A stretch of 64,000 bases of DNA, from positions 1,353,032 through 1,417,031 of the forward strand of contig OZ253587.1 of NCBI GenBank assembly GCA_965263175.1. The letters run 5' to 3'. A program made the position numbers and the translations under genes. This DNA is from Chloroflexota bacterium. GTDB taxonomy: Bacteria > Chloroflexota > UBA11872. Each line of letters begins with the position of its first letter. Within the stretch, counting starts at the first letter, position 1. Positions 1 through 7,274 of the stretch are shown here, piece by piece. The notes under the pieces are model-generated. The model made no database searches. It was not told where the DNA came from and saw only the letters and a list, made by a program, of their open reading frames with translations.

Positions 1-1428
1 GTCGTCAGTCAGCACCGCGTCGCGGCACTCGATGGTGTCCAGCGGCTTCAGGATCGGGTCGCGGTCCTCGCGGAAGCCGTGGCGGCGCATCCACTGGATC
101 TCCCCAATCCAGACCGAAACCCGCGCCAGTTCGGCCGCGTAGGGGTTGAGCTCGATGCCCTTCACGTTGGCCGGGCCGATGGCCGGGAATGGCGGCTGTA
201 GCCCCAGCGTCTGCGCCTCCACCCGCACCCGGTGTTCCAGGTCCTTCAGCGCGTGCAGCGCCAGGTACAGGAAGTTGCCCGAACCGCAGGCCGGGTCCAG
301 CACCCGGAAGTCGGCCAGCCGCTCCAGGAACTCGCGCAACTGGCGCTCCGCGCGCTGCCGCCGACGGCTGGCCGCTTGCGACGTAGCGGCGTTGGACGAT
401 TGCTCAAGCTCGGCGCTCAGTTCCTCCTTGGTGGCCGCCCACTCCGCCAGCCAGGGCCGCACGATCACCGGCTCAACGATCTGCATGATTTTGTCGCGGT
501 CGGTGTAATGCGCGCCCAGCTGCGAGCGCTTGTCCGGGTCCAGCCCCCGCTCGAACAACGTCCCCAGGATCGACGGGTCGATCTCCGACCAGTCCAGCCC
601 CGCCGCCTCGCGCACCGCGTTGACCTGCGGCCGGTCCAGCGGCAGCGCCGTGTCGTCGTCGAACAGCCCACCGTTGAACCACGCCACTTCCTCGAACCCG
701 ACGGCCCCGCCGTCTTGCATGGCCGCGAACAGGCTGCGCGCCATCCCGGCAAACCGCTCGGGCCGCAGCCGCGCCTGGTCCAGCATCCGCCGAAACATCT
801 GATCGGGCAGCAACCCCACGTCCTCGGCGAACATGCAGAACACCAGCCGGTTGACGAAGTGCGCCACGGTCTGCGGGTCGTGCCCGCGCTCGCGCAACCC
901 CTGGGCCAATTCGGCAAAGGTGGCCGCCGCCTGCTCGGTCAGCGCCTGCCGGGTCTGCTCCGGCCGCAGCCGCTCGGGATCGCTGAACGCCCACTTCAGC
1001 AGGTTGCGCGTGGCCGGATCGTCCAGCTCGTACAGCGTGAACTCGTGGACCGTGCTGACGCTGTTGGTCCAGTTAGTGTGGATCCGGAAGCGTCGCGTGT
1101 CCGACACGATCAGCAGCGGCGGGTTCTCCAGCGCCAGCGCGTATTGCCGCAGTTGTTGAAAGGCCGCGTCCAGGTCCTTGCCCTGGGTCTTGTACTCCCA
1201 GGCGAAATGCCCGCGCTTCCACACGTCCGCCCAGCCGCCGCCCCCGCTATCCTTCCGTGCCCCCCGTTCGAAGCAGTACCACTCGCCGTCCGGATCGGCT
1301 TCGACTGGCGTTGGCTCGTCCAGCAACGCGCACAGGTCATTGAAATGCGACTGCGCCACCGCCCGCTCATTCAGCGTCACCGCGCGCCACTTGTCGATGA
1401 ACTCCGCAGGCGTCAACCCACTAGCCAA
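1..1428 (-). CDS. MmeI-family Type IIL/IIG restriction-modification enzyme (fused endonuclease-methyltransferase), N-terminal ~475 aa; C-terminus lies beyond the left window edge
   Basis: The reverse-strand translation reads ...ADVWKRGHFAWEYKTQGKDLD..., the D-X9-E-X-K nuclease motif of MmeI. Further on it shows NRLVFCMFAED, NGGLFDD, LGAHYT and the N6-adenine methylase motif I VLDPACGSGNFLY near +290. A TTG start near 1428 follows a GAGGAG Shine-Dalgarno and an in-frame TGA. The ORF is absent from the track only because it runs off the window edge. Confidence 0.8.
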   Translation of the reverse strand, partial: MASGLTPAEFIDKWRAVTLNERAVAQSHFNDLCALLDEPTPVEADPDGEWYCFERGARKDSGGGGWADVWKRGHFAWEYKTQGKDLDAAFQQLRQYALALENPPLLIVSDTRRFRIHTNWTNSVSTVHEFTLYELDDPATRNLLKWAFSDPERLRPEQTRQALTEQAAATFAELAQGLRERGHDPQTVAHFVNRLVFCMFAEDVGLLPDQMFRRMLDQARLRPERFAGMARSLFAAMQDGGAVGFEEVAWFNGGLFDDDTALPLDRPQVNAVREAAGLDWSEIDPSILGTLFERGLDPDKRSQLGAHYTDRDKIMQIVEPVIVRPWLAEWAATKEELSAELEQSSNAATSQAASRRRQRAERQLREFLERLADFRVLDPACGSGNFLYLALHALKDLEHRVRVEAQTLGLQPPFPAIGPANVKGIELNPYAAELARVSVWIGEIQWMRRHGFREDRDPILKPLDTIECRDAVLTDD

Positions 1429-1566
1429 AACAACTCCTCACAGAGGCGGCAAGGCACGGCCACGCTCACATTCTGCCCCCAATGTCACGCACGCCGTCCG
1501 GCTCATGCCGGCTTGGATCCTGCCCACCGCCGACAGTCCCTCGCTGACTGACGACGTTGATCAAAC

Positions 1567-1595
1567 TTGCTGGCTGTATCCACGAAGTGTACAAT
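1567..1595 (+). promoter_or_regulatory. Candidate sigma70-like promoter TTGCTG-N17-TACAAT in the only AT-rich patch of the region, pointing rightwards toward the 2022 ORF and AAC(3)
   Basis: Read directly: -35 ttgctg (1567-1572), a 17-nt spacer, -10 tacaat (1590-1595). Local AT content is far above the genome background. Confidence 0.3.
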
Positions 1596-1614
1596 AGACC
1601 TGATGTCTACGCAA
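1586..1614 (-). promoter_or_regulatory. Candidate divergent promoter TTGCGT-N17-TACACT about 150 nt upstream of the MmeI-like start
   Basis: The reverse complement of 1586-1614 reads ttgcgt-17nt-tacact. It overlaps the plus-strand promoter candidate, which would make a bidirectional promoter. Confidence 0.3.
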
Positions 1615-1812
1615 CCTGGATTTCGAATGTTTCCGGCTCGCCCGTCGCTTCGCGCCGCCGTCTCCTCGCCCGGCGGTGCCTCGTGGCGGCCCTGGTGCGC
1701 ACCCCCAGGCAGCGAGCGGCCCTGGGTAAGAGTCGGCCACTGCCTCGCCAGCCCAGCCCGGGCCACCCGTTCAGGCCGTCGATCCCCACCAGAAAGCGCC
1801 CCGCGCCGACCG

Positions 1813-1836
1813 AAGAGTTTTTTAGAAAAAACTCTT
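1813..1836. repeat. Perfect AT-rich palindrome AAGAGTTTTTT-AG-AAAAAACTCTT (11-bp arms, 2-nt loop) inside a long non-coding region
   Basis: Read directly. The arms are exact reverse complements. The composition is extreme for a ~68% GC genome. Confidence 0.6.
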
Positions 1837-1921
1837 GTTGCGCGCGAGGCACCCCAGCAGCGCCCCTCCCGGACCCTCGAGGCGGCACTTCGGAGAGGCC
1901 ACCGGCCATCCGCCTTGGTCA

Positions 1922-1960
1922 CGTCGCTGGCTGGAACCGCTACGCTGCCAGCCAGCGATG
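1922..1960. repeat. GC-rich inverted repeat (about 11-13 bp stem cgtcgctggctgg / ccagccagcgatg, 13-nt loop) about 60 nt upstream of the 2022 ORF
   Basis: Read directly: tcgctggctgg ... ccagccagcga are exact reverse complements, and the stem extends further with one G-T wobble. Confidence 0.5.
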
Positions 1961-2021
1961 CGGGACGGCCGCCGAGTCACCCGCCCGGACTCGAGACTTC
2001 AGCACCGAGGGAGGAGCGCCA

Positions 2022-2306
2022 ATGACGGTCTTGCGTCTGGGACTCATCGGCTGTGGCGGCATGGGTTCGCGGCACGCCGAAGGGTTCGATCAACTCGAGG
2101 ACCGGGTGCGCGTGACGTCCGCCGTCGACATCGAGCCTGAGCGCGCGGAAGCCGTGGCCGACCAGTGTTCGACGCCTGCCGCGCCGCTAACCGACGGCTC
2201 GGGCAGCCTGCAGGGCCTGCGGTTAGTCTGGCGGCTATACGAGGCCGAGGAGCAGGGCGTCGTGGCGGATCTGCGTGGGCTGGGGTTGGATGAATACCGC
2301 ACTTGA
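2022..2306 (+). pseudogene. 94-aa ORF that is the N-terminal Rossmann fragment of a Gfo/Idh/MocA oxidoreductase, truncated; strong Shine-Dalgarno; its stop sits 1 nt before the AAC(3) ATG
   Basis: MTVLRLGLIGCGGMGSRHAEGF...VRVTSAVDIEPERAEAV matches the NAD(P)-binding N-terminus of Gfo/Idh/MocA, then diverges and terminates. A GAGGGAGGAG Shine-Dalgarno lies 6 nt upstream of the ATG. The stop TGA at 2304-2306 is followed by g then ATG at 2308. Confidence 0.5.
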
Positions 2307-2307
2307 G

Positions 2308-3168
2308 ATGGGGCCGAGCAGCGAGCCGCTTGACCGAGCCACGCTCGTTCGCGACCTCACTCGCCTCGGCGTCCCGCGTGGTGGGCTGGTGATGGTGCAC
2401 AGTTCGTTGCGCAGCCTGGGACACGTTGCCGGTGGCGCCGAAACAGTGGTGGACGCGCTGCTGGAGACGCTGGGACCCGAGGGAACCCTGGTGGTTCCGA
2501 CGTTCACGTACGCAGTCGCGCGAGAACCCGGCTTTGTGTTCGATCCGCTGCGCACCCCGTCGCTCATGGGTGCGATTTCGGAGGCTGCCCGGCGGCGTCC
2601 CGATGTTCGCCGAAGCGTTCACCTCTGGCACAGCATTGCCGCCATCGGCCCGCTGGCTGAGACCATCGTGACCTCCGGTGGCGAATCGGCCTGGGACGCC
2701 GACAGCCCGATGCGCCAGATACAAGACCGCGACGGCCGGTACCTCCTGCTCGGCGTGCCCTACCAGAACCTCACGGCGGTACACCTCTGCGAGGTCGAAT
2801 TGCAGGTGCCATATCGCAAGGCCCTTCGGGTCGAGACCAAGATGCGCCGCGCTGACGGCTCGCTGGCGCCCCTGGTCAGCGTCGGTTGCCCGCCGCAGCC
2901 CGGGCACCCGGGCAGCGACTTCAACCGGCTCGGGCAGCGTATGGAAGACGCCGGCCTGGTCCGGGTCGGCGAGGTGGGCAATGCCGTCGCGCGCCTGTTC
3001 GGCGGACACGATCTCCGCCTACTGGCGCGCGAGCTCTACGAGGGCGACGCCCTCGCATTCCTCCGGCAGGACGGCGTGGTCACCAGCCTGGCCTACGGCC
3101 ACACAATCGAAACGGACCGGGGCGAGCATTGCGTGGCCGACCCGACCCGGATGTACGGCGCTATTTGA
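2308..3168 (+). CDS. AAC(3)-family aminoglycoside N3-acetyltransferase
   Basis: LVMVHSSLRSLGHVAGGAETVVDALLETLGPEGTLVVPTFTY matches the AAC(3) family core (GGAETVV). A start at 2308 gives an N-terminal length typical of AAC(3)-II enzymes; the track ORF begins at 2275. Confidence 0.8.
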   Translation: MGPSSEPLDRATLVRDLTRLGVPRGGLVMVHSSLRSLGHVAGGAETVVDALLETLGPEGTLVVPTFTYAVAREPGFVFDPLRTPSLMGAISEAARRRPDVRRSVHLWHSIAAIGPLAETIVTSGGESAWDADSPMRQIQDRDGRYLLLGVPYQNLTAVHLCEVELQVPYRKALRVETKMRRADGSLAPLVSVGCPPQPGHPGSDFNRLGQRMEDAGLVRVGEVGNAVARLFGGHDLRLLARELYEGDALAFLRQDGVVTSLAYGHTIETDRGEHCVADPTRMYGAI

Positions 3169-3227
3169 CCGGTGCGTGCGGCAAACACCTACGAAACGCG
3201 GAGCGCCCTCCGCTGCCAGCCTTCTGG

Positions 3228-3263
3228 CGGAGGTGCAGGGGCGCTAAGGCCCCCGCACCTCCG
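3228..3263. terminator. GC-rich hairpin (13 of 14 bp stem) between the convergent AAC(3) and flotillin genes; candidate bidirectional terminator without a U-tract
   Basis: cggaggtgcagggg-cgctaagg-cccccgcacctccg read directly; it lies between stops at 3168 (+) and 3282 (-). Confidence 0.4.
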
Positions 3264-3281
3264 TTCAGTTGCGAAGTCCGG

Positions 3282-4736
3282 CTACTTGTCGTTCTCCGTT
3301 GCCGCTTCGTCAGCGCTCGCGGCGCTGTTCCGGATCGACTCGTCCGACACGATGCCGGGCAGATTCTTGAGCGAGCTGATGAGATCGACGCCCGTCAGCG
3401 ACTGCACCAAAGCCGGAAGCTGCGCAATCGTGGATGAGATGTCCTGGGTGACCTTGCTGGCACCGGCGCCCGATCCGCTGTCGCCGCCGTTGCTGATCAC
3501 CACGATGCTGTCGGTCTTGGCGAGGGGCTGTGCAACCGCGCTGGCGACGTCCGGAAGCGACTCGAACAGCTGCTGAATCATGGCTGCCTGGCCGTACTGC
3601 TTCCAGGCGTCGGCCTTCTTGTTCATCGCCTGGGCCTCGGCAAGGCCTTGGGCTCTGGTGGCGTCGGCTCCGGCCTCACCGCGGGCCCTGATGGCGTCGG
3701 CGTCCGCCTGGCCGCGGAGCCTGACCGACTCGGCGTCGGCCTGGGCCTCGGCGATGATCCGGGAGCGCTCACCTTCGGCAACGGTCTCCAGCTTGTACCG
3801 CTCAGCCTCGGACTCGACCCTGATTCGCCGCCGGTTCCCTTCCGCAATCAACTCGAGCTGGTCTCGTTCGGCCTCGGCGGGGCGCCGGATCGTGGCATCC
3901 AACTCTCGCTCACGCCTGGTGATCTCCTGCACCTGAATCTCGATCTGCTTTTGCCGCTCGACAACCTCCACCTGCAACTCTTCCTCGCGGATCCGCTGGC
4001 GAGTCTTGGCCTCCTGCAATGAGTAGGCGAGCTCGGCCTCGGCGCGCCGGGCGTTGACCTCCTGGTCGTACCCGGCCTTCCTCGTTTGGAAGTCGCGCTC
4101 GGACTCGGCGATCTCGGTGTCGGCGGCAAACCGCGCGGCCTGCCGCAGCTGCTCCGCTTGGGCTTCCTTAATGCCGGCGTCCCGTTCGGCCTGGGCTTCA
4201 CCGATGGCGGCGTCTCGCTTGACCTCGGCGGTCCTGCGAACGCCGAGGGCCTGGAGATAACCCTGCTCATCCTGGATGTCGCGAATTGAAAAGCTGACAA
4301 TCTCCAGACCCATGTTGGTCATATCAGTCGCGGCTACATCGCGCACCTGCTCCGCAAAGGCCACGCGGTCACGGTAAATGTCCTCGACGGTCATCGTGCC
4401 GAGGATGGCGCGTTGCTGACCCTCAAGGGTCTGCAGGGCGACCTCGGCGATCTGCTCGGCACTCTTTCCGAGGAATTGCTCAGCCGCAGTGCGAATGGCC
4501 TCTTCGCTGCGACCGACCTTCACCTGCGCGACGCCGTCGACCGAGACGGAGACGCCCTCTTTGGTGTAGACCCTGGCGGTATTGACCTGGAGGGTCATGA
4601 CTTCGAGGGAAATCATTTGCGCTTTCTGAAGAATCGGCACCACGAACATTCGCCCGCCGACCTTCAGTCTTGGCTCGACACTGCCACCCGACACAATCAA
4701 TGCGTGGTTTGGGCCTACGGTGTGAAAACCTGCCAT
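3282..4736 (-). CDS. Flotillin (SPFH/band-7 family, FloT-like) with a long coiled-coil EA-rich region
   Basis: An N-terminal SPFH domain is followed by long EAxR/EAQA repeats and a C-terminal Gly/Ser-rich tail. It sits immediately downstream of the NfeD gene. Confidence 0.9.
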   Translation of the reverse strand: MAGFHTVGPNHALIVSGGSVEPRLKVGGRMFVVPILQKAQMISLEVMTLQVNTARVYTKEGVSVSVDGVAQVKVGRSEEAIRTAAEQFLGKSAEQIAEVALQTLEGQQRAILGTMTVEDIYRDRVAFAEQVRDVAATDMTNMGLEIVSFSIRDIQDEQGYLQALGVRRTAEVKRDAAIGEAQAERDAGIKEAQAEQLRQAARFAADTEIAESERDFQTRKAGYDQEVNARRAEAELAYSLQEAKTRQRIREEELQVEVVERQKQIEIQVQEITRRERELDATIRRPAEAERDQLELIAEGNRRRIRVESEAERYKLETVAEGERSRIIAEAQADAESVRLRGQADADAIRARGEAGADATRAQGLAEAQAMNKKADAWKQYGQAAMIQQLFESLPDVASAVAQPLAKTDSIVVISNGGDSGSGAGASKVTQDISSTIAQLPALVQSLTGVDLISSLKNLPGIVSDESIRNSAASADEAATENDK

Positions 4737-4781
4737 TGGGTTCCCCTAGGTTAGTTGCTTCGGTTCCGCATTGTGCCTGAT

Positions 4782-6173
4782 TCAACGCCTTCGATGTTGG
4801 TTCCGCCTCTCAACTTTGATTACCTGCCGGTACACGCCGATGACTCGAACCTCATCGCCGGCCTGGATGGAGGCGCCGGGGTCGGCCGAAGCTGCCCACT
4901 CCTTGTCAGAAATCCTAACTCTGCCTGCAGGATCGAGATCAGTCAGCGCAACTCCCCACGACCCCTCCATCAGCAGTTCTTCCTCGGTCTGAAACCCGCC
5001 GGATGTTCCCCCCTCGGTCATGGCGAAGCGAATCAACAGAACCCAGGCCAAAGCCGTGATCCCGCCTGTTGCCGCGATCATGATCGGACTCACCATGAAG
5101 CTGGGCTCCGGCAGATCTGAAGGGCTGAAAAAATTGCCGAACAGGAATACCGAACCCAGAGTGAGCGAGACTAGTCCGCCGGCGCCGAAGAGGCTGAAGC
5201 CGGGTGCTGACGCCTCGGCATAGAACAATCCCAGCGCGAGCGCGATGAGTAGCAAGCCTCCCCAACTGCCGGGCAGATTGAAGAAGCCGACGAATGCCAA
5301 CGCAAGCGTGATTACTCCCAGGATTCCCGGGCCAAGCATGCCGGGAGCTGAGATCTCCACCAGGACCGCGATGCCCCCGATAAGGAAAAGCGCGAGCACC
5401 ACGTTGGGATTGGCGAGCAACCCAAGGACATTTTCCAGAAACGTCCGGTTGAGCCGGTTGACAGGGACACCACTAGACGAGATCACCACGGAGCCTGCCG
5501 CTGTCTCAGCGGTACGCCCGTGCAGCTGCTCGAGCATCGACTCCATATCAGGAGCAATGAGATCAGCGATGCCGTTGGCGAGGGCTTCCTGGGCCGAGTA
5601 GGCCGTAGCCTTTGACACCGTGGCTTCCAAGGCCTCGGCATTGCGGCCCCGGACTTGAGCGATGCTCCGGATGAACGCCTGGGTGCTCTCGCTGACTTTC
5701 CGCGAGAGCGTGTCGGGAAGGTCGGCGCCGCCGGAGGCCACGGGAGACGCCGCGCCAATGCTGGTGCCCGGCGCCATGACAGCGAAATTTGCCGCGGCTG
5801 CCACGAAGGTTCCGGCGGAGGCCGCTCTGGCGCCGGCGGGAGAGACGTACACCGCAATGGGGACATTCGATTCGAGCATCAGCTCGACGATCTCGCGCGT
5901 TGACTCGAGCAGTCCGCCGGGAGTGTCCAGCCGAATGACCACCAGCGTTGCGCCGTCCTGGCGCGCCTCGTCGAGTCCTCGCGCGATGTGGTCGACAGTC
6001 AGCGGCTCAATGGTGCCGTCGATCTCAATAACAAGAACGCCCGTTTCGCTCCCACGAACCAATGTGGCGGTGTGCCAGGCTAATGTCAGGGCGACCGCGA
6101 CGGCTGCCCAGACCAGGATCACGCGGCGCGGAACCGATCTTCGTACGGAGGTGAGTGCAGACGTTCGGGTCAA
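4782..6173 (-). CDS. NfeD-family membrane-bound ClpP-class serine protease (flotillin-associated)
   Basis: An N-terminal signal/TM segment, a ClpP-like domain (GLLESTREIVELM...AASAGTFVAAAANFAVMAPGTSIGAASPV), a multi-TM region and a C-terminal OB-like domain. This is the canonical nfeD-flotillin gene pair. Confidence 0.85.
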   Translation of the reverse strand: MTRTSALTSVRRSVPRRVILVWAAVAVALTLAWHTATLVRGSETGVLVIEIDGTIEPLTVDHIARGLDEARQDGATLVVIRLDTPGGLLESTREIVELMLESNVPIAVYVSPAGARAASAGTFVAAAANFAVMAPGTSIGAASPVASGGADLPDTLSRKVSESTQAFIRSIAQVRGRNAEALEATVSKATAYSAQEALANGIADLIAPDMESMLEQLHGRTAETAAGSVVISSSGVPVNRLNRTFLENVLGLLANPNVVLALFLIGGIAVLVEISAPGMLGPGILGVITLALAFVGFFNLPGSWGGLLLIALALGLFYAEASAPGFSLFGAGGLVSLTLGSVFLFGNFFSPSDLPEPSFMVSPIMIAATGGITALAWVLLIRFAMTEGGTSGGFQTEEELLMEGSWGVALTDLDPAGRVRISDKEWAASADPGASIQAGDEVRVIGVYRQVIKVERRNQHRRR

Positions 6174-6356
6174 AGGTCTCTCTAGTCGCGCCTTAGCGTC
6201 TCGCTCGGAGACGAAGACTCGCGCCGCAAGACTATCCGTGTCTACCCGAAGCTCCCGCCGACCGCGCAGGTTGTCTCGGGAACAGGCACCCGGGAAACTC
6301 TCCGGTCGCGGCTAGCTTGTTCCTGGTCACGAGCGCCTGCCAGGCAGAATGACGAG

Positions 6357-6443
6357 GGTGCCGAGGGCGGGACTCGAACCCGCACAGCCCGAAGGCCACT
6401 AGCCCCTCAAGCTAGCGCGTCTGCCAAATTCCGCCACCTCGGC
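6357..6443 (-). tRNA. tRNA-Ser (anticodon UGA), type II with a long variable arm
   Basis: The reverse complement reads GCCGAGGTGGCGGAATTTGGCAGACGCGCTAGCTTGAGGGGCTAGTGGCCTTCGGGCTGTGCGGGTTCGAGTCCCGCCCTCGGCA. It has a 7-bp acceptor stem, an anticodon loop cTTGAgg, a long variable arm and a GGTTCGAGTCC T-arm. Confidence 0.8.
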
Positions 6444-6465
6444 CCGCGCCCATTGTAGACGGGTG

Positions 6466-7212
6466 TCAGCGAGTCTCCTTGCCGGAACGTTCAACCGCCG
6501 CTTGCACGAATGCGTGGAAGAGGGCGCGATGCGGCGCGTGGTGCAGCATTTCTTCCGGGTGCCACTGCACCCCCAGCACGAACGGGTGGGTGGGATCTTC
6601 CAGGGCCTCTACCAGGCCGTCGGCGCTCCAGGCCGTGGGTTGCAGCCCACGGCCGAGCTCGCGCACGGCCTGGTGGTGAAACGAGTTGGCGCCCAGGCGC
6701 TCCGATCCGACGATCTGGTGCAGCAGCGATGCTGGCGCTACGCGGACTTCGTGGCCGATGGCGTGCGGCTCGCCGGCCTGCCGGTGGGGCATCACATGTG
6801 GCTGCTGCGTGGGCAGGTCCTGCCAGAGGGTGCCGCCGCGGGCGACGTTGAGTACCTGATGACCGCGGCAGATCGCCAGGACCGGTAGGCCTCGCTCCAG
6901 GGCACTGTCCAGCAGAGCCAGTTCCAGCGCGTCACGCTCGGGACCAGGGGAGACCGTGTCGTTCCAGGGCGGTTCGCCATAGTTCATGGGGTCCACATCT
7001 GCGCCGCCGACCAGCATGAGCCCGTCGAGTCGGGACATCACGAGGTCGGCCGCGGGCGTTGCGTCGGGTGCAATCACAACCGGAATTCCGCCCGCGCCAG
7101 CGACCGCGTCCAGGTAGTCCTGCTTAAGGGCGGCGTGTGGCCGATCGGGTACGCCTTCGGCCGAGAAATCGCGCAGCGCGTCGCCGGCGGTGACCCCGAT
7201 GATCGCGGGCAT
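6466..7212 (-). CDS. Class I glutamine amidotransferase, gamma-glutamyl-GABA hydrolase (PuuD)-like / peptidase C26
   Basis: LAICRGHQVLNVARGGTL ... HH.. motifs of the C26 family are present. Confidence 0.8.
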   Translation of the reverse strand: MPAIIGVTAGDALRDFSAEGVPDRPHAALKQDYLDAVAGAGGIPVVIAPDATPAADLVMSRLDGLMLVGGADVDPMNYGEPPWNDTVSPGPERDALELALLDSALERGLPVLAICRGHQVLNVARGGTLWQDLPTQQPHVMPHRQAGEPHAIGHEVRVAPASLLHQIVGSERLGANSFHHQAVRELGRGLQPTAWSADGLVEALEDPTHPFVLGVQWHPEEMLHHAPHRALFHAFVQAAVERSGKETR

Positions 7213-7274
7213 GTCAGGTCGCTCTCGGGCCGGCGTGCGTCGCGGCGCCTGCCCTTCGATGCAACAATGCGGTC

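Noticed and set aside
232-1551. 439-aa plus-strand ORF in the track
   Set aside because: It is antisense to the clearly recognisable MmeI-family gene on the minus strand. Its product is low-complexity and R/Q/L-rich with no motif, the usual mirror-frame artefact of high-GC DNA.
1557-2306. 249-aa plus-strand ORF in the track spanning the long spacer
   Set aside because: Only the last 94 codons (from the ATG at 2022, which has a strong Shine-Dalgarno) resemble a protein (Gfo/Idh/MocA N-terminus). The upstream 155 codons cross the AT-rich promoter patch and the palindromes and look non-coding.
3282-6173. Flotillin/NfeD as a novel defence module
   Set aside because: This is the well-known nfeD-floT membrane-microdomain pair. 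The only notable thing is its location, reported as a low-interest finding.
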